NCBI RefSeq assembly: GCF_963921235.1
Contig: NC_086097.1
Coordinates: forward strand, 169,510,001-169,574,000
Reading direction: 5' to 3'
DNA length: 64,000 nt
DNA from: Mobula hypostoma
Taxonomy: Eukaryota
Both the position numbers and the translations under genes were made by a program. The notes under the pieces were generated by a model. The model was given only the letters and a program-made list of their open reading frames with translations, was not told where the DNA came from and did not search any database. The number at the start of each line of letters is the position of its first letter. The stretch's first letter is position 1. Below, piece after piece: positions 1-10,240 of the stretch.

Positions 1-876
1 TCCAGCCACTGCTGCTCTGCCGTCTTTCCCGCCAGTGTCCCTTTCCAGTCAACTTTGGCCAGTTCCTCTCTCATGCCACTGTAATTTCCTTTACTCCACT
101 GAAATACTGACACATCAGAGTTCGGCTTCTCTTTTTCAAATTTCACAATGAACTCAATCATGTTATGATCACTGCCTCCTAAGGATTCCTTCACCTCAAT
201 CTCTCCAATCACCTCCGGTTCATTACACAATACCCAATCCAGTACAGCCGATCCCCCAGTGGGCTCAACAAGCTGTTCTAAAAAGCCATCTTGCAGACAT
301 TCTACAAATTCTCTCGCTTGAGATCCAGTGCCGACCTGATTTTTCCAATCTACTCGCATGTTAAAATCCCCCACAATTATCATAACACTGCCCTTCTGAC
401 AAGCCTTTTCTATTTCCTGTTGTAATTTGTAGTCCACATCCCTGCAGCTGTTCGGAGGCCTATAAGTAACTGCCATCAGGGTCCTTTTACCCCGGTGATT
501 TCTTAGCTCAACCCATAAAGATTCTGCACCTTCCGATCCTATATCACCTCTTTCTAATGATTTAATATCATTTCTTACAATAAAGCCACGCCTCCCCCTC
601 TGCCTACCTTCCTATCCTTCCAATACACCGCGTATCCTTGGACGTTCAGCTCCCAGAGACATGCATCCGTTAGCCATGTCTCAGTGATGGCCACAATATC
701 ATACCTGCCAATCTGTAGCTGTACGACAAGATCATCCACCTTATTCATTATGCTGCGTGCATTTAAGTATAACACCTTAAGACCAGTATTTGGTACTTTT
801 TGCTTTGATTTCACTGCAACTTTATTGCACTGCAACTCATCCCAATAGCTACAAATTTGCCCCATCACCTGCCTGT
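1..876 (-). mobile_element. CR1-type LINE fragment, ORF2 endonuclease region (runs off the window start)
   Basis: Encodes LKVLYLNARSIMNK...YDIVAITETWL...GGGVALL, the APE endonuclease N-terminus. Confidence 0.9.
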
Positions 877-1899
877 CTCCAAGTTCTTTAGCAACATCTA
901 AAATAAGGGTATAGTTCCTCATTTTGGCAGCTTCAAGTAATGTTTTCCAGGATTCACAGTCTTGAGGACTAATCAAATGGTCATCTTGTTTTGCTGTTTT
1001 CCAGTGTATGCTACTTCTATTTCTTAATAGAAAGCTACCACCGTCGCAATGTTATCACATATTTTCTAGCACTAGAGGTGTATACCTTGCCAAAAATCAA
1101 TATAAGAATTATTCTCCCCAGATGATACCAGTGGCCCAAATTTGGGGTCCTGTTTCACGGACTAACTTGCACTCACAACTGACTCCACTGCGAACTGTAT
1201 TGCAAACAACATGTAATGTTATATCAATCACACTTCTTTCAAAAAGACAATCTCTTGACCCAAGTCTTTCCAAATATCTACCCAATAAGGTTTGACATCT
1301 AGGATTATGCTTCTGGAGCAACTTGGCTCAGAAAGAAAACTGCTTGCTGCTATATCAACAATATTAACTTTTATCCTTAAACCCTTGCAACAATGTCTAA
1401 CAATTCCAAAGTACTTCGTAAAATACAGAAAAAATACAGAACATATAATCAGGGCTTCATTATATGGTCTTTAATTCCAATATTAACAGGAGCACAAAAT
1501 AATGCAGTACAGGAGCACCTGGCTGCCTTAGTCCTGTTGATCCCCCCTTCCTGTTCTCTCGCATTCCTACAAGTTTCTGTTAATCAAATGTTTACCCAAT
1601 TCTTTTGAATGTTACTGTCAAATCTACTCCTACCAACCTTTCATACAGAGTTTTCTACATTGTAACCACTTTATCCATACTATAAAGTGTATTGCGCTTC
1701 AATCTCTAAACGAATCCGTACACTTTAGCCTTTACATTATATACACAAAAGTTTTGAGCAGCGGAATAAAGCACACCGAACAATAAAAAGTCTGGAGAGG
1801 TTTCTAACAAAAGTGCAATGTTTAACTCAGGGAATACTTACATAAATTTATCAGATCAATAACTACTTGTGATGCTATAAACAAAGCGCCCAAATAAGC

Positions 1900-2170
1900 A
1901 ACTCCTTCGGGGGTAGGCCCCAGACTCGCGGTGCTCAAGGCGCGCAGCTCAAAGGGGGCGAGCCCTGTCGATGTAAGCATGCGCAGCTCGAAGGGAACGA
2001 GCTCTGTCGATGTAAGCATGCGCAGCAATTCCTCCACCAAACGGTTGAGTTTAACCACATGACAGCGCTAAATATTTCGGCGCCTGGGGCGCGCGGCCCG
2101 TTGCTGTGACGTATTTGCGTTTGCTGCCATACAACAACAATATTTCACGAGATAATGCCAGCGACGGATG
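1900..2170. promoter_or_regulatory. CpG-rich promoter-like patch of an unidentified gene
   Basis: Local CpG enrichment outside any repeat I recognise, with GCATGCGCA (NRF1-like) twice and TGACGT near 2107. A minus-strand GTAAGT donor lies at 1841-1836. Confidence 0.45.
1942..2026. repeat. 39-bp tandem duplication (2 units plus a 7-bp partial)
   Basis: Units 1942-1980 and 1981-2019 (gcgcagctc...ctgtcgatgtaagcat), then gcgcagc. Confidence 0.9.
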
Positions 2171-2698
2171 TTGCCTGACTTGCTTTGCGTTTCTATAATT
2201 TAATTATTATAATAGTAATCATTTGTTTGTACTCAACCCATACTCCATTCCTTAAGATTCTCAATTGGAAATTATTAATTTGGGGTGGGGGTGTTAGTCT
2301 TCTCAGCATATTCCAAGGAATTAAAGAAAAATAGAGGGCTATGTGTAAGCCAAGTAATTTCTAAAGTAGGGACGTGTTCGGCACAACTTTGTGCTGTAGG
2401 GTTTCTATGAATCCTAGACTATGGCGATCTTGCTCGTTTGCCAGCACAACACAATATCCTAAAGCCAAAAACAAACACAACATCAAGTGTTGTTTTATAT
2501 ATATTTGACAACTTTCCTTTTTTTCTGTTTTGGGAACTGTAGGCCTGCCAGGTTGGAGAACATTGACAACCATTTGCTTGCTTTGGAGCAAGTGGTTTGT
2601 CATGAATTTTTGAGTCCTTATAGTCATTGTGTCATTTGTTATGTATCATACAGTAAAGCCAGAGAAAATAATAGATGAAAATAATACCGTCAAATAAC

Positions 2699-2754
2699 TC
2701 TTCCTAGAGATGCTGCCTGGCCTGCTGCATTCACCAGCAACTTTTGATGTGTGT
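2699..2754. mobile_element. 56-bp truncated Penelope-terminus-derived insertion with a 14-bp TSD
   Basis: Flanked by taccgtcaaataac (2685-2698) and tactgtcaaataac (2755-2768). The sequence matches one arm of the 5261-5453 element. Confidence 0.8.
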
Positions 2755-2934
2755 TACTGTCAAATAACCCTTTTTTGGCTTCCATGCCAATATCTTAAGA
2801 CTCCACCACACAAACAGCACTTTGAAGACTGTGCTGCATGCTTAACCAATATCTTGCTCTAAGCCTTCACCTCCCTTTTGTCCAATATTCAAACTAACAA
2901 AATTATTGAGATAGTCTTAGTATGCTTAATTGCA

Positions 2935-3955
2935 GTTTGAGTTTAACCCAGATAAGTGTGAGGTGGTTCATTTTGGTTGGTCAAATCTGATGGCAAAATA
3001 TAGCATTAATGGTAAGACTCGGCAGTGTGGAGGATTAGAGGGATCTTGGGGTCCGAGTCCATAGGACACTCAAAGCGGCTATGCAGGTTGACTCTGGTTA
3101 AGAAGGCATACGGTGCATTGGCCTTCATCAATCGTGGGATTGAGTTTAAGAGCCAAGAGGTAATGTTGCAGCTGTATAGGACCCTGGTCAGACCCCACTT
3201 GGAGAACTGTGCTCAATTCTGGTCCCCTTACTACAGGAAGGACATGGAAACCATAGAAAGGGTGTAAAGGTGATTTGCAAGGATGTTGCCTGGATTGGAG
3301 AGCATGCCTTATGAGAATAGGTTGAGTGAACTCAGCATTTTTATGAGATTATTAGATGCAACTTTATTGTCATTGTGCCAAGTACAGATACAAAGCCAAT
3401 GAAATGCATTTAGCATCTGACCAGGAATACAAAGAATAGTGTTATTTACAAAATAACTGCAAATAAAAAGTGCTACAGCACACGAATATAAAAGTACTGA
3501 GACAGTACAATACGGATGCAACACTATTTAGCGCTGTGATGAGAGGTTCGGCAGTGTCACAGCCTCAAGGAAGAAGCTCTTCCTTGGACCGACGGAGGAT
3601 GAGAGGTGACCTGATAGAGGTGTTCAAGATAATGAGAGGCATTGATCATGTGAATAGTCAGAGGCTTCTCCCCAGGGCTGAAATGGCTAGCACGAGAGGG
3701 TGCTTGGAAGTAGGTACAGAGATGTCAGGGGTAAGCTTTTTACGCAGAGAGTGGTGAGTGTGTGGAATGGGCTGCTGGCAGCAGTGGTGGAGGCGGAAAC
3801 AATAGAGTCTTTTAAAAGATTCCTGGATGGCTACATGGAACTTAGAAAAATAAAGGGCTATGGGTAAAGCCTAAGTAACTCTAAGGTAGGGACATGGTCG
3901 GTACAGCTTTGTGGGCCGAAGGGCCTGTATTGTGCTGTAGGTTTTCTATGTTTGA
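2935..3955 (+). mobile_element. CR1 LINE 3' fragment, interrupted at about 3345-3560 by another repeat
   Basis: Encodes LYRTLVRPHLENCAQFWSPY and RRMRGDLIEVFK, and ends in a CR1-type ttctatg tail. Confidence 0.85.
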
Positions 3956-4698
3956 GCCAGAAACTACAGTTTGAAACTCAGCATGTTAACTGAGTAATTT
4001 AATTTAAATTTGAAAGAAAATCTACTATCTGTGATACTGACATTGAAACTTTGGACTATCCAGAAACAATCTGGAAAGGCAATCTGACATAATGAGGCCG
4101 TGTAAGTGAAATTTGACTCCAAATTAACCCCTGAAATTTTAATCAAACCGCTCAGTTCGGAGAATTAGCAGCAAGCAATAAATGGCAGTCTTGTCATCAA
4201 GCTCTTATCTCGAGTCATTTTCTCCTTGAACCGCACCTACTGGATATCAAGAAGTTAGGGCTTAACAATGTCACTGTAAGGGTTGCAGAGGATATTAACT
4301 TGGATGTGGCCTGGCATGGTACCTTTCAACTATGATGAGTGCTGTGTCTATTTCCTTTGCAGCACAGAAAGTCCGGGGGAACTTGATTTAGGTATACAAA
4401 ATTTCAAGAGGCATACAAATAATTAATGAAAAACTTTTTGCCCTTTCTCACTGGGAACTGAAGAGCAACAAGCCAAGTGTTAAGAAATGGGATTCGTGTT
4501 GATAAGTACCGGTGGCTAGCATCAACACAATGGGAAGTGGTTGTTTTACTACAACATGACCCAAACCAGGAGAGTGTTATTAGTGTGCCAGAATTGCTTG
4601 GCAGGTAGCCTATACCCTCCATTTGTCACCTATCTCTTCATCTCCTGTACATATGTATTGTGTTTTGCTACACTTCCATCAAGAACCTTAAAGATACA

Positions 4699-5169
4699 CA
4701 CTCAGTGGCCACTTTATTAGGTACACCTGCTCAATCATCAATCATGTGGCAGCAATTCAATGCGTAAAAGCATGTAGACATGGTCACGAGGTTCAGACCA
4801 AACATCAAAACAGGGAAGAAATGTTATCTAACCGACTTTGATCATTTGTGTCAGATGGGTTGGTTTGGGCATCTCAGAAAATGCTTATCTCCTGGGATTT
4901 TCACACACAAGTCTCTAGAGTCTACAGAGAATGGTGAGAGAAACAAAGCAATGGTTCCCTGGTCAAAAATGCCTTGCTAATGAGAGAGGTCAGAGGGGAA
5001 AGGCCAGACTGGTTCAAGCTGACAGTAATTCAAATAAACACGGATTACAACAGTGGTATGCAGAACAGCAACTTTGAATGCACAACATATTGAACATTGA
5101 AATGGATGGGTTACAGCAGAAGACCACACCAGGTTTTATTCCTGTACCTAATAAAGCAGCCACTGAGTG
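4699..5169. mobile_element. Tc1/mariner-like non-autonomous element with terminal inverted repeats
   Basis: Left end cactcagtggccactttattaggtac; right end gtacctaataaagcagccactgagtg followed by TA. Confidence 0.85.
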
Positions 5170-5260
5170 TATTTCACAAAGTAGATTAATCTTCCTTCAT
5201 CCCTAATCTTTGAACTTCATGCCTTTCTTCACCAGTTCAAAAGGCTATGATGAACAAGCT

Positions 5261-5453
5261 CGAGGAATTCTGCAGATGCTGGAAATTCAAGCAACACGCA
5301 TCAAAGTTGCTGGTGAACGCAGCAGGCCAGGCAGCATCTCTAGGAAGAGGTACAGTTGACGTTTCGGGCCAAGACCCTTCATCAGGACTGTACATCTTCC
5401 TAGAGATGCTGCCTGGCCTGCTGCGTTCACCAGCAACTTTGATGTGTGTTGCT
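5261..5453. mobile_element. Short hairpin-forming Penelope-derived insertion with a 13-bp TSD
   Basis: TSD tgatgaacaagct at 5248-5260 and 5454-5466. Inverted arms of about 70 bp. The sequence is homologous to the Penelope terminus at about 41410-41540. Confidence 0.85.
5351..5392 (-). ncRNA. Minimal type I hammerhead ribozyme (Penelope-type)
   Basis: The minus strand reads TACAGTC-CTGATGA-A-GGGTCTTGGCCC-GAAAC-GTC-AACTGTA. It shows conserved CUGAUGA and GAAAC cores, stem II GGGT/GCCC, a GUC triplet, stem I TACAGT/ACTGTA and a palindromic ACGT stem III. Confidence 0.75.
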
Positions 5454-5672
5454 TGATGAACAAGCTACCTTGATTGGTCCTACATAATCCATATCCCAGG
5501 TCTTATAGCATCCATCATGAATTATTTCATATTGCTCTACTTCCTCCCTACAACTTTCTCCAATGAACCTTTTGTAGCATTTTCTGTTCCCCACCCCACC
5601 CCCAAGTTTGTGGTATACAATATCCAACAGATATGACAAATAAAAGGTATCTGATCCATGTTTCAGGCAATC

Positions 5673-6374
5673 TTTATTTTCAATATTAAATAGGTAAAAC
5701 GTTGCACTTTTTAAAGTATTTCAACACTTACATTGAAATACAATTTTACAAAGACAACTTCTTGTTTTTGTCAACTTCTTACTCTGCATGTGGGGATACT
5801 GAAATTAGTCTGTGATTCAATCAAATACATTCATTTACTGCTAACTTGCTAATACATGAGAATCAGAACACATTCTGGATTCAATATGATCAGACTGATC
5901 TTTCTTTCAGAGCCACTTCCCTGTACTAGCATCATATCACTGACCCTTAATAACTGAGCAGAGAAGTCCAAAGATTCAATATTCCCTGCATGAAGAAATT
6001 ACTTCTCAGCCTAACCCTAAATGGCCCTCTTCACTCTCAGTACTGAAACATTGATAATTCCTTCCCCCCTCCACCCCACGAGATCCTCCAGCACTGTTCA
6101 TTGTTCCTGAATGGCCACCCCAGATTTTGAGACCTGCACCTCCTTCCCCCCCCCCACCCGACCCACAATGTCCAGATACCCTATGCTAGGAGAAGCATAA
6201 TTTCTGTCTCTACCCTGTCAAGTCCCATAAGGAATTTACATACTTAATAATACTCATTTTCAGTTAAGGGAGAAAGAATAAGTAAAATCTATTCCAAGAG
6301 AGAAAATAACTCAATTGCTTGATTACTGATGCAAAAAGTATAAAAGAGTCAGGTTTTTTTGCATTCCCTTTATT
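5673..6374 (-). promoter_or_regulatory. Candidate poly(A) signals of the long SEH1L isoform (AATAAA at 6369-6374 and 5673-5678)
   Basis: Minus-strand AATAAA hexamers in AT-rich sequence downstream of the 6984 stop. Which one is used cannot be determined from sequence. Confidence 0.4.
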
Positions 6375-6983
6375 ATTTTATCAAAACTGTATAATAAATT
6401 TTACACTCAATCCATTTTCTGGTTAAATATGTCAAACCCCAGGCAACAAGGTGGCATATTTCAGCTCAAACTTATACAGGAATGTCAAATATGAGCACAG
6501 CTTATACAGTCATCCTGCAAACACACTGCATGCATCACTCCTTGTGTGGTTTCAAACATATTTAAAACATAGAATTTTTTCTCAAAAAACACGAAGTCTT
6601 ACAAAAAAATTGTCAAATAATTTCAAAATGTACATTTCTCCCAACATTCCCTTATAAAACAGAACTATCCAAATTTTTTTAAAAAATCATTTCACTGTAA
6701 GTATTGTTCTTAAGGCACACCTACAAGTTGGTCTACCAACCATCATTGAATACAGTCGTCAATTGCAGCCTAATAAACCCGACTCTGATTCAATCTTAAG
6801 TATTCTGATAGTATTAAATTAATAGGGTTTTCAACATCAGATCATCTACATAGTTCTGTAATTCAAATATTGATTAAGCTAATAAACTATCCATTGAGAA
6901 ACTTATTCTGTACATTAGAAGTGTGAGTAAAAATAAGTTAGCAGAAACATACACAATTATCACCTCTGCATAAGTAGACATTT

Positions 6984-7203
6984 TTATTGCACCCCCTCAT
7001 TCTCAAGTAAGGAGTTAAGAGATCTGTTGGAGTAACGACTTTGAGAGTTACGATACTGAAGATGGGTTGTGTCAGCATCACAAGACTGTTCTGCCATAGG
7101 AGGAGGAAGAGGAGGAGGAGGAGGAGGAGGAGGAAGCGGAAGCTGGGCATAACTGGACCATCTCGATCCAGCCCTAGCATGGTCCGAAGTGGGAAAGAAA
7201 GGC
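6984..7203 (-). CDS. SEH1L: SEH1L long-isoform terminal coding exon (RPFFPTSDHARAGSRWSSYAQ...polyPro...LLENEGVQ*)
   Basis: A pyrimidine-rich tract and CAG acceptor (AG at 7205-7204) are in phase with exon 8. The motifs RAGSRWSSYAQL, SCDADT and ENEG match my recollection of the human long SEH1L isoform C-terminus. Confidence 0.92.
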
Positions 7204-7555
7204 CTGAAACGATGTAGAGGAAGACAGGCGAGAGAGAAAAATGGGACAAACGAACAAAAGACAAAGAGAAATATGGTGAATACAAGAAAATGAAAGATAC
7301 AAATGCCTAAAATAATAGAAGTAAAATACCATGACTTGGTTAGGAAAGTATCCACGAAAGGCAATTTAATGTATCCATTCAATGATCTTTAACTACTTTT
7401 TACTTGTATTTTCAAATAGTTCATAAATTATGTAAACACAGTAATTATTAATCAATAAGTATTACCAAAGTTTGGAGAAAGGAAAATAGAAAATTAGAAA
7501 TATGACAATGATTTAAAAAAACGAGTACACACAATACTGACAATGTAAACCTCAG

Positions 7556-7561
7556 TTTATT
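7556..7561 (-). promoter_or_regulatory. Candidate poly(A) signal (AATAAA) of the short SEH1L isoform
   Basis: AATAAA on the minus strand about 520 nt after the short-isoform stop and upstream of the long-exon acceptor, followed by GT/T-rich sequence. Confidence 0.5.
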
Positions 7562-8081
7562 TAACCTGTTCCAATTGGAACACATAACATTCTTGGTCCC
7601 ACACTGGGAAGATGGCACATATCTGCTAGGGGTTATATATCCTCAACAGTACTTTCAATGTGTAACACCAGAGTGGTCACTGCATCATATGTGTAGTCAC
7701 TATTTAGAAGAGTACCATAACACAAAATCAATTTAAATTCTATTCATTCAGTTTGAAGAATTCTCTGTAATCTTGGTCATTTGAATATTATATATAGCTT
7801 CCAAAGCTGAAAATTAGGTTTCAAGGCTGCTTCTACAGTGCAAAGCTCTTTGCCTCTCCTTTGAGCTGCCTGTACATTGGTGCCAACTGTTCAAAACTAA
7901 AACACTAACAGGGAGAAAAAATATTTAATTTTATGAAGCCTTCCATCCAAGGTTATTAGCAAGCAGGTTGGTCTTTGGAGATATCAGTTGTCACTGGGGA
8001 AGGGTGAAGGGAGTTCACATTCCATTCCTGTGTGCATGCAACAAGCAGCAAAACAGCAAGGTTACTCCGGTTAGCTTGAGA

Positions 8082-8094
8082 TCAGTTGTGTTTT
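8082..8094 (-). CDS. SEH1L: SEH1L short-isoform terminal exon, coding part (RKHN*)
   Basis: Splicing exon 8 to the AG at 8096-8095 gives AGA AAA CAC AAC TGA, comparable to the RKHS* end I recall for the short human isoform. Two neighbouring AGs offer alternative acceptors. Confidence 0.7.
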
Positions 8095-10077
8095 CTTTCT
8101 GCTGAAAAGGGCATTGTGAGTGTAGAGGTGAGATGTATCAGAGTTTCCTAAAAGAAAAAAAACACATGGACCTTTGCTTTAACCACATTTCATATTTGCC
8201 AACAATTGGTTCGTAATTTTTGGATTGGGGAAACGAAGATGTTTGAAATGTAACTTATTCTCTAATCTTTCATTTGTACAATTAAGTAGATCGCAAATTA
8301 TCTTCTGATAGCTCTGGAATCATTTCTTGGGAAAATTATTGTAAATATTGTTAAGATGCAAGTAATATTCACAACTACAAACTCAAAAAGCATTAAATCC
8401 AGGAGAATAAAGGCTGGGAAAATTAATGCCCTGAACCACCACGTTTACTCTTAATGTTTTCCCACACTGCCAAGATTCTAAGTTTAATCAAACTATGTAG
8501 ATTTCCTCAAAAAGGAATCAAAAGCTACTTCTCAAGTAAGTTAACTGAACAAGTACAGACAACTAGGGATAGAAAAAAACTCATTGTTTTCTTCCCTATG
8601 AATACAAAATAGCACTCAAACAGCAGCATATTAATCTGGGTCAAAATAACAACAAAACATTCCTGATTGAGAAGCTATTTATTTTCAATGAAACCACTTC
8701 AATGTGGCCACAAGATATTAATGAAGAGCCTCCAGAAAATAACAGAAGAGATTAACTAGTTTAAGATCACTAAATAAATTTAAAACATTTGAGAAATTTG
8801 TTTCCTTGTTTATTTTATTTACATTGTTTTGTGTCTAGATTTCCTCAAGAACATTATATGGATTTACGATAAATTTTACAGGACCTTGCATCCAAATTTC
8901 AAACATCCATTGGAAACAAAGTCGTCTCTCCGAATTTTAAGGAGAATTATTGCTAACTCAGTGTTAAAGTATTGAGTGGCTAATCAAAGCTCCAGAAATC
9001 CCCTTAGCAAATTCACAGATTATAATTTTAATCCTGGAGAATAACGACCTCCTGGATTCACAAGGGGAATCTGGACAGGGCTCCCCGGCAGAGTAACTTC
9101 CTATTCATTTGCAAGCAGACTACTCCTGACAGTGGAGGAAAAACATTTAACCCAAATCCTAAAAATATATACACTTCGCTGTAAATTCCTAGACCACTGC
9201 TATCTATATCTTGGAGGTTTGATTTAGAACTAGACAGATTAACCTATAAAGTAATTTACTCTTTTCGGCACAAGCTCATAGTAATGCTGTAATTGTAATA
9301 GGACTTGAATTAAAAATGGACATTGTGTGCAATGAAAAATTTCCAGTTTTTGCAACAAATGTACAAAACAGTATTTGATGTCTGTTATTTAATAGAATTT
9401 TATTCATTTATTATTTCAAATATGTTTTGTTATCTTGATGATACATACATCACTCATTCAAAATAACCCATGGACACCATGCAGTAAGTAAAGCACTCAA
9501 TTTCTATTGTTATATCTTCATCTTGAGAAGTCATGGTACTTAGTATGTGGTTATGGCTATATTCATCACTGAAATGAACTTGTCACCATATTTGAAGAAT
9601 TTAAGACCACAAATGTGCAATTTTGAAATTACGCTAGAGTCAGAGGTCTATTCACAAATTTCTCTCAATACTCTTAGTAGCAGCAGCAGCATGATTACGC
9701 AACTTCAAAAAGAAAATGTGTTCAAGTTCGTAGTGCAGAAAATGGCCAAGGATGGCTAATACCACCTAGCAGCAATTGTAAAAATGGACTCCCAAGTGCC
9801 CAAAATCCTGATGACCACCCACCTTCTCCTCACATCATCACGCACATTGTATCTTAGAAAACTTCTTGCCTGAGAGTAAAGATGTAAAGTTCAGTGAATC
9901 CAATGAGTATTTGTTGCAGGTTTTGATTCATTGTACCTGATGTACATGAGATTGCTGCGCTCAGTTACTAGCTCACATTGGATAAACAACAGTTAAGTGA
10001 AATTTATTAGCCTCCAAAGTGTGACCTGGTGTCCACATTTCAGTTCAGGATCTGAACTGAAGGGACCATCAACCTAC

Positions 10078-10240
10078 CTCCCTCCAGCGGATGATCCATT
10101 AAATGCATTCTGCAAGGATGAATTGCTTAACACTGCAGAAGGATTAAGAATTCCCATAGACTGTTGGTTTAAGGCACCATTTACGGGACTTCCATCTCCT
10201 TTCAATACGCCTGTGCATTTCCAAGTGTCCATATAGTTAG
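10078..10240 (-). CDS. SEH1L: SEH1L coding exon 8 ([21 protein letters not shown]...[12 protein letters not shown])
   Basis: Translated by hand. CAG acceptor at 10243-10241, GTAGGT donor at 10077, 163 nt, phase 1 to 2. Confidence 0.95.

Noticed and set aside
1942..2026. CRISPR-like repeat array
   Set aside because: The units are directly adjacent with no unique spacers, there are no cas genes, and the context is eukaryotic.
6938..7285. 115-aa ORF with a poly-Leu, membrane-like run
   Set aside because: It is an alternative frame of the SEH1L polyproline exon plus the acceptor pyrimidine tract.
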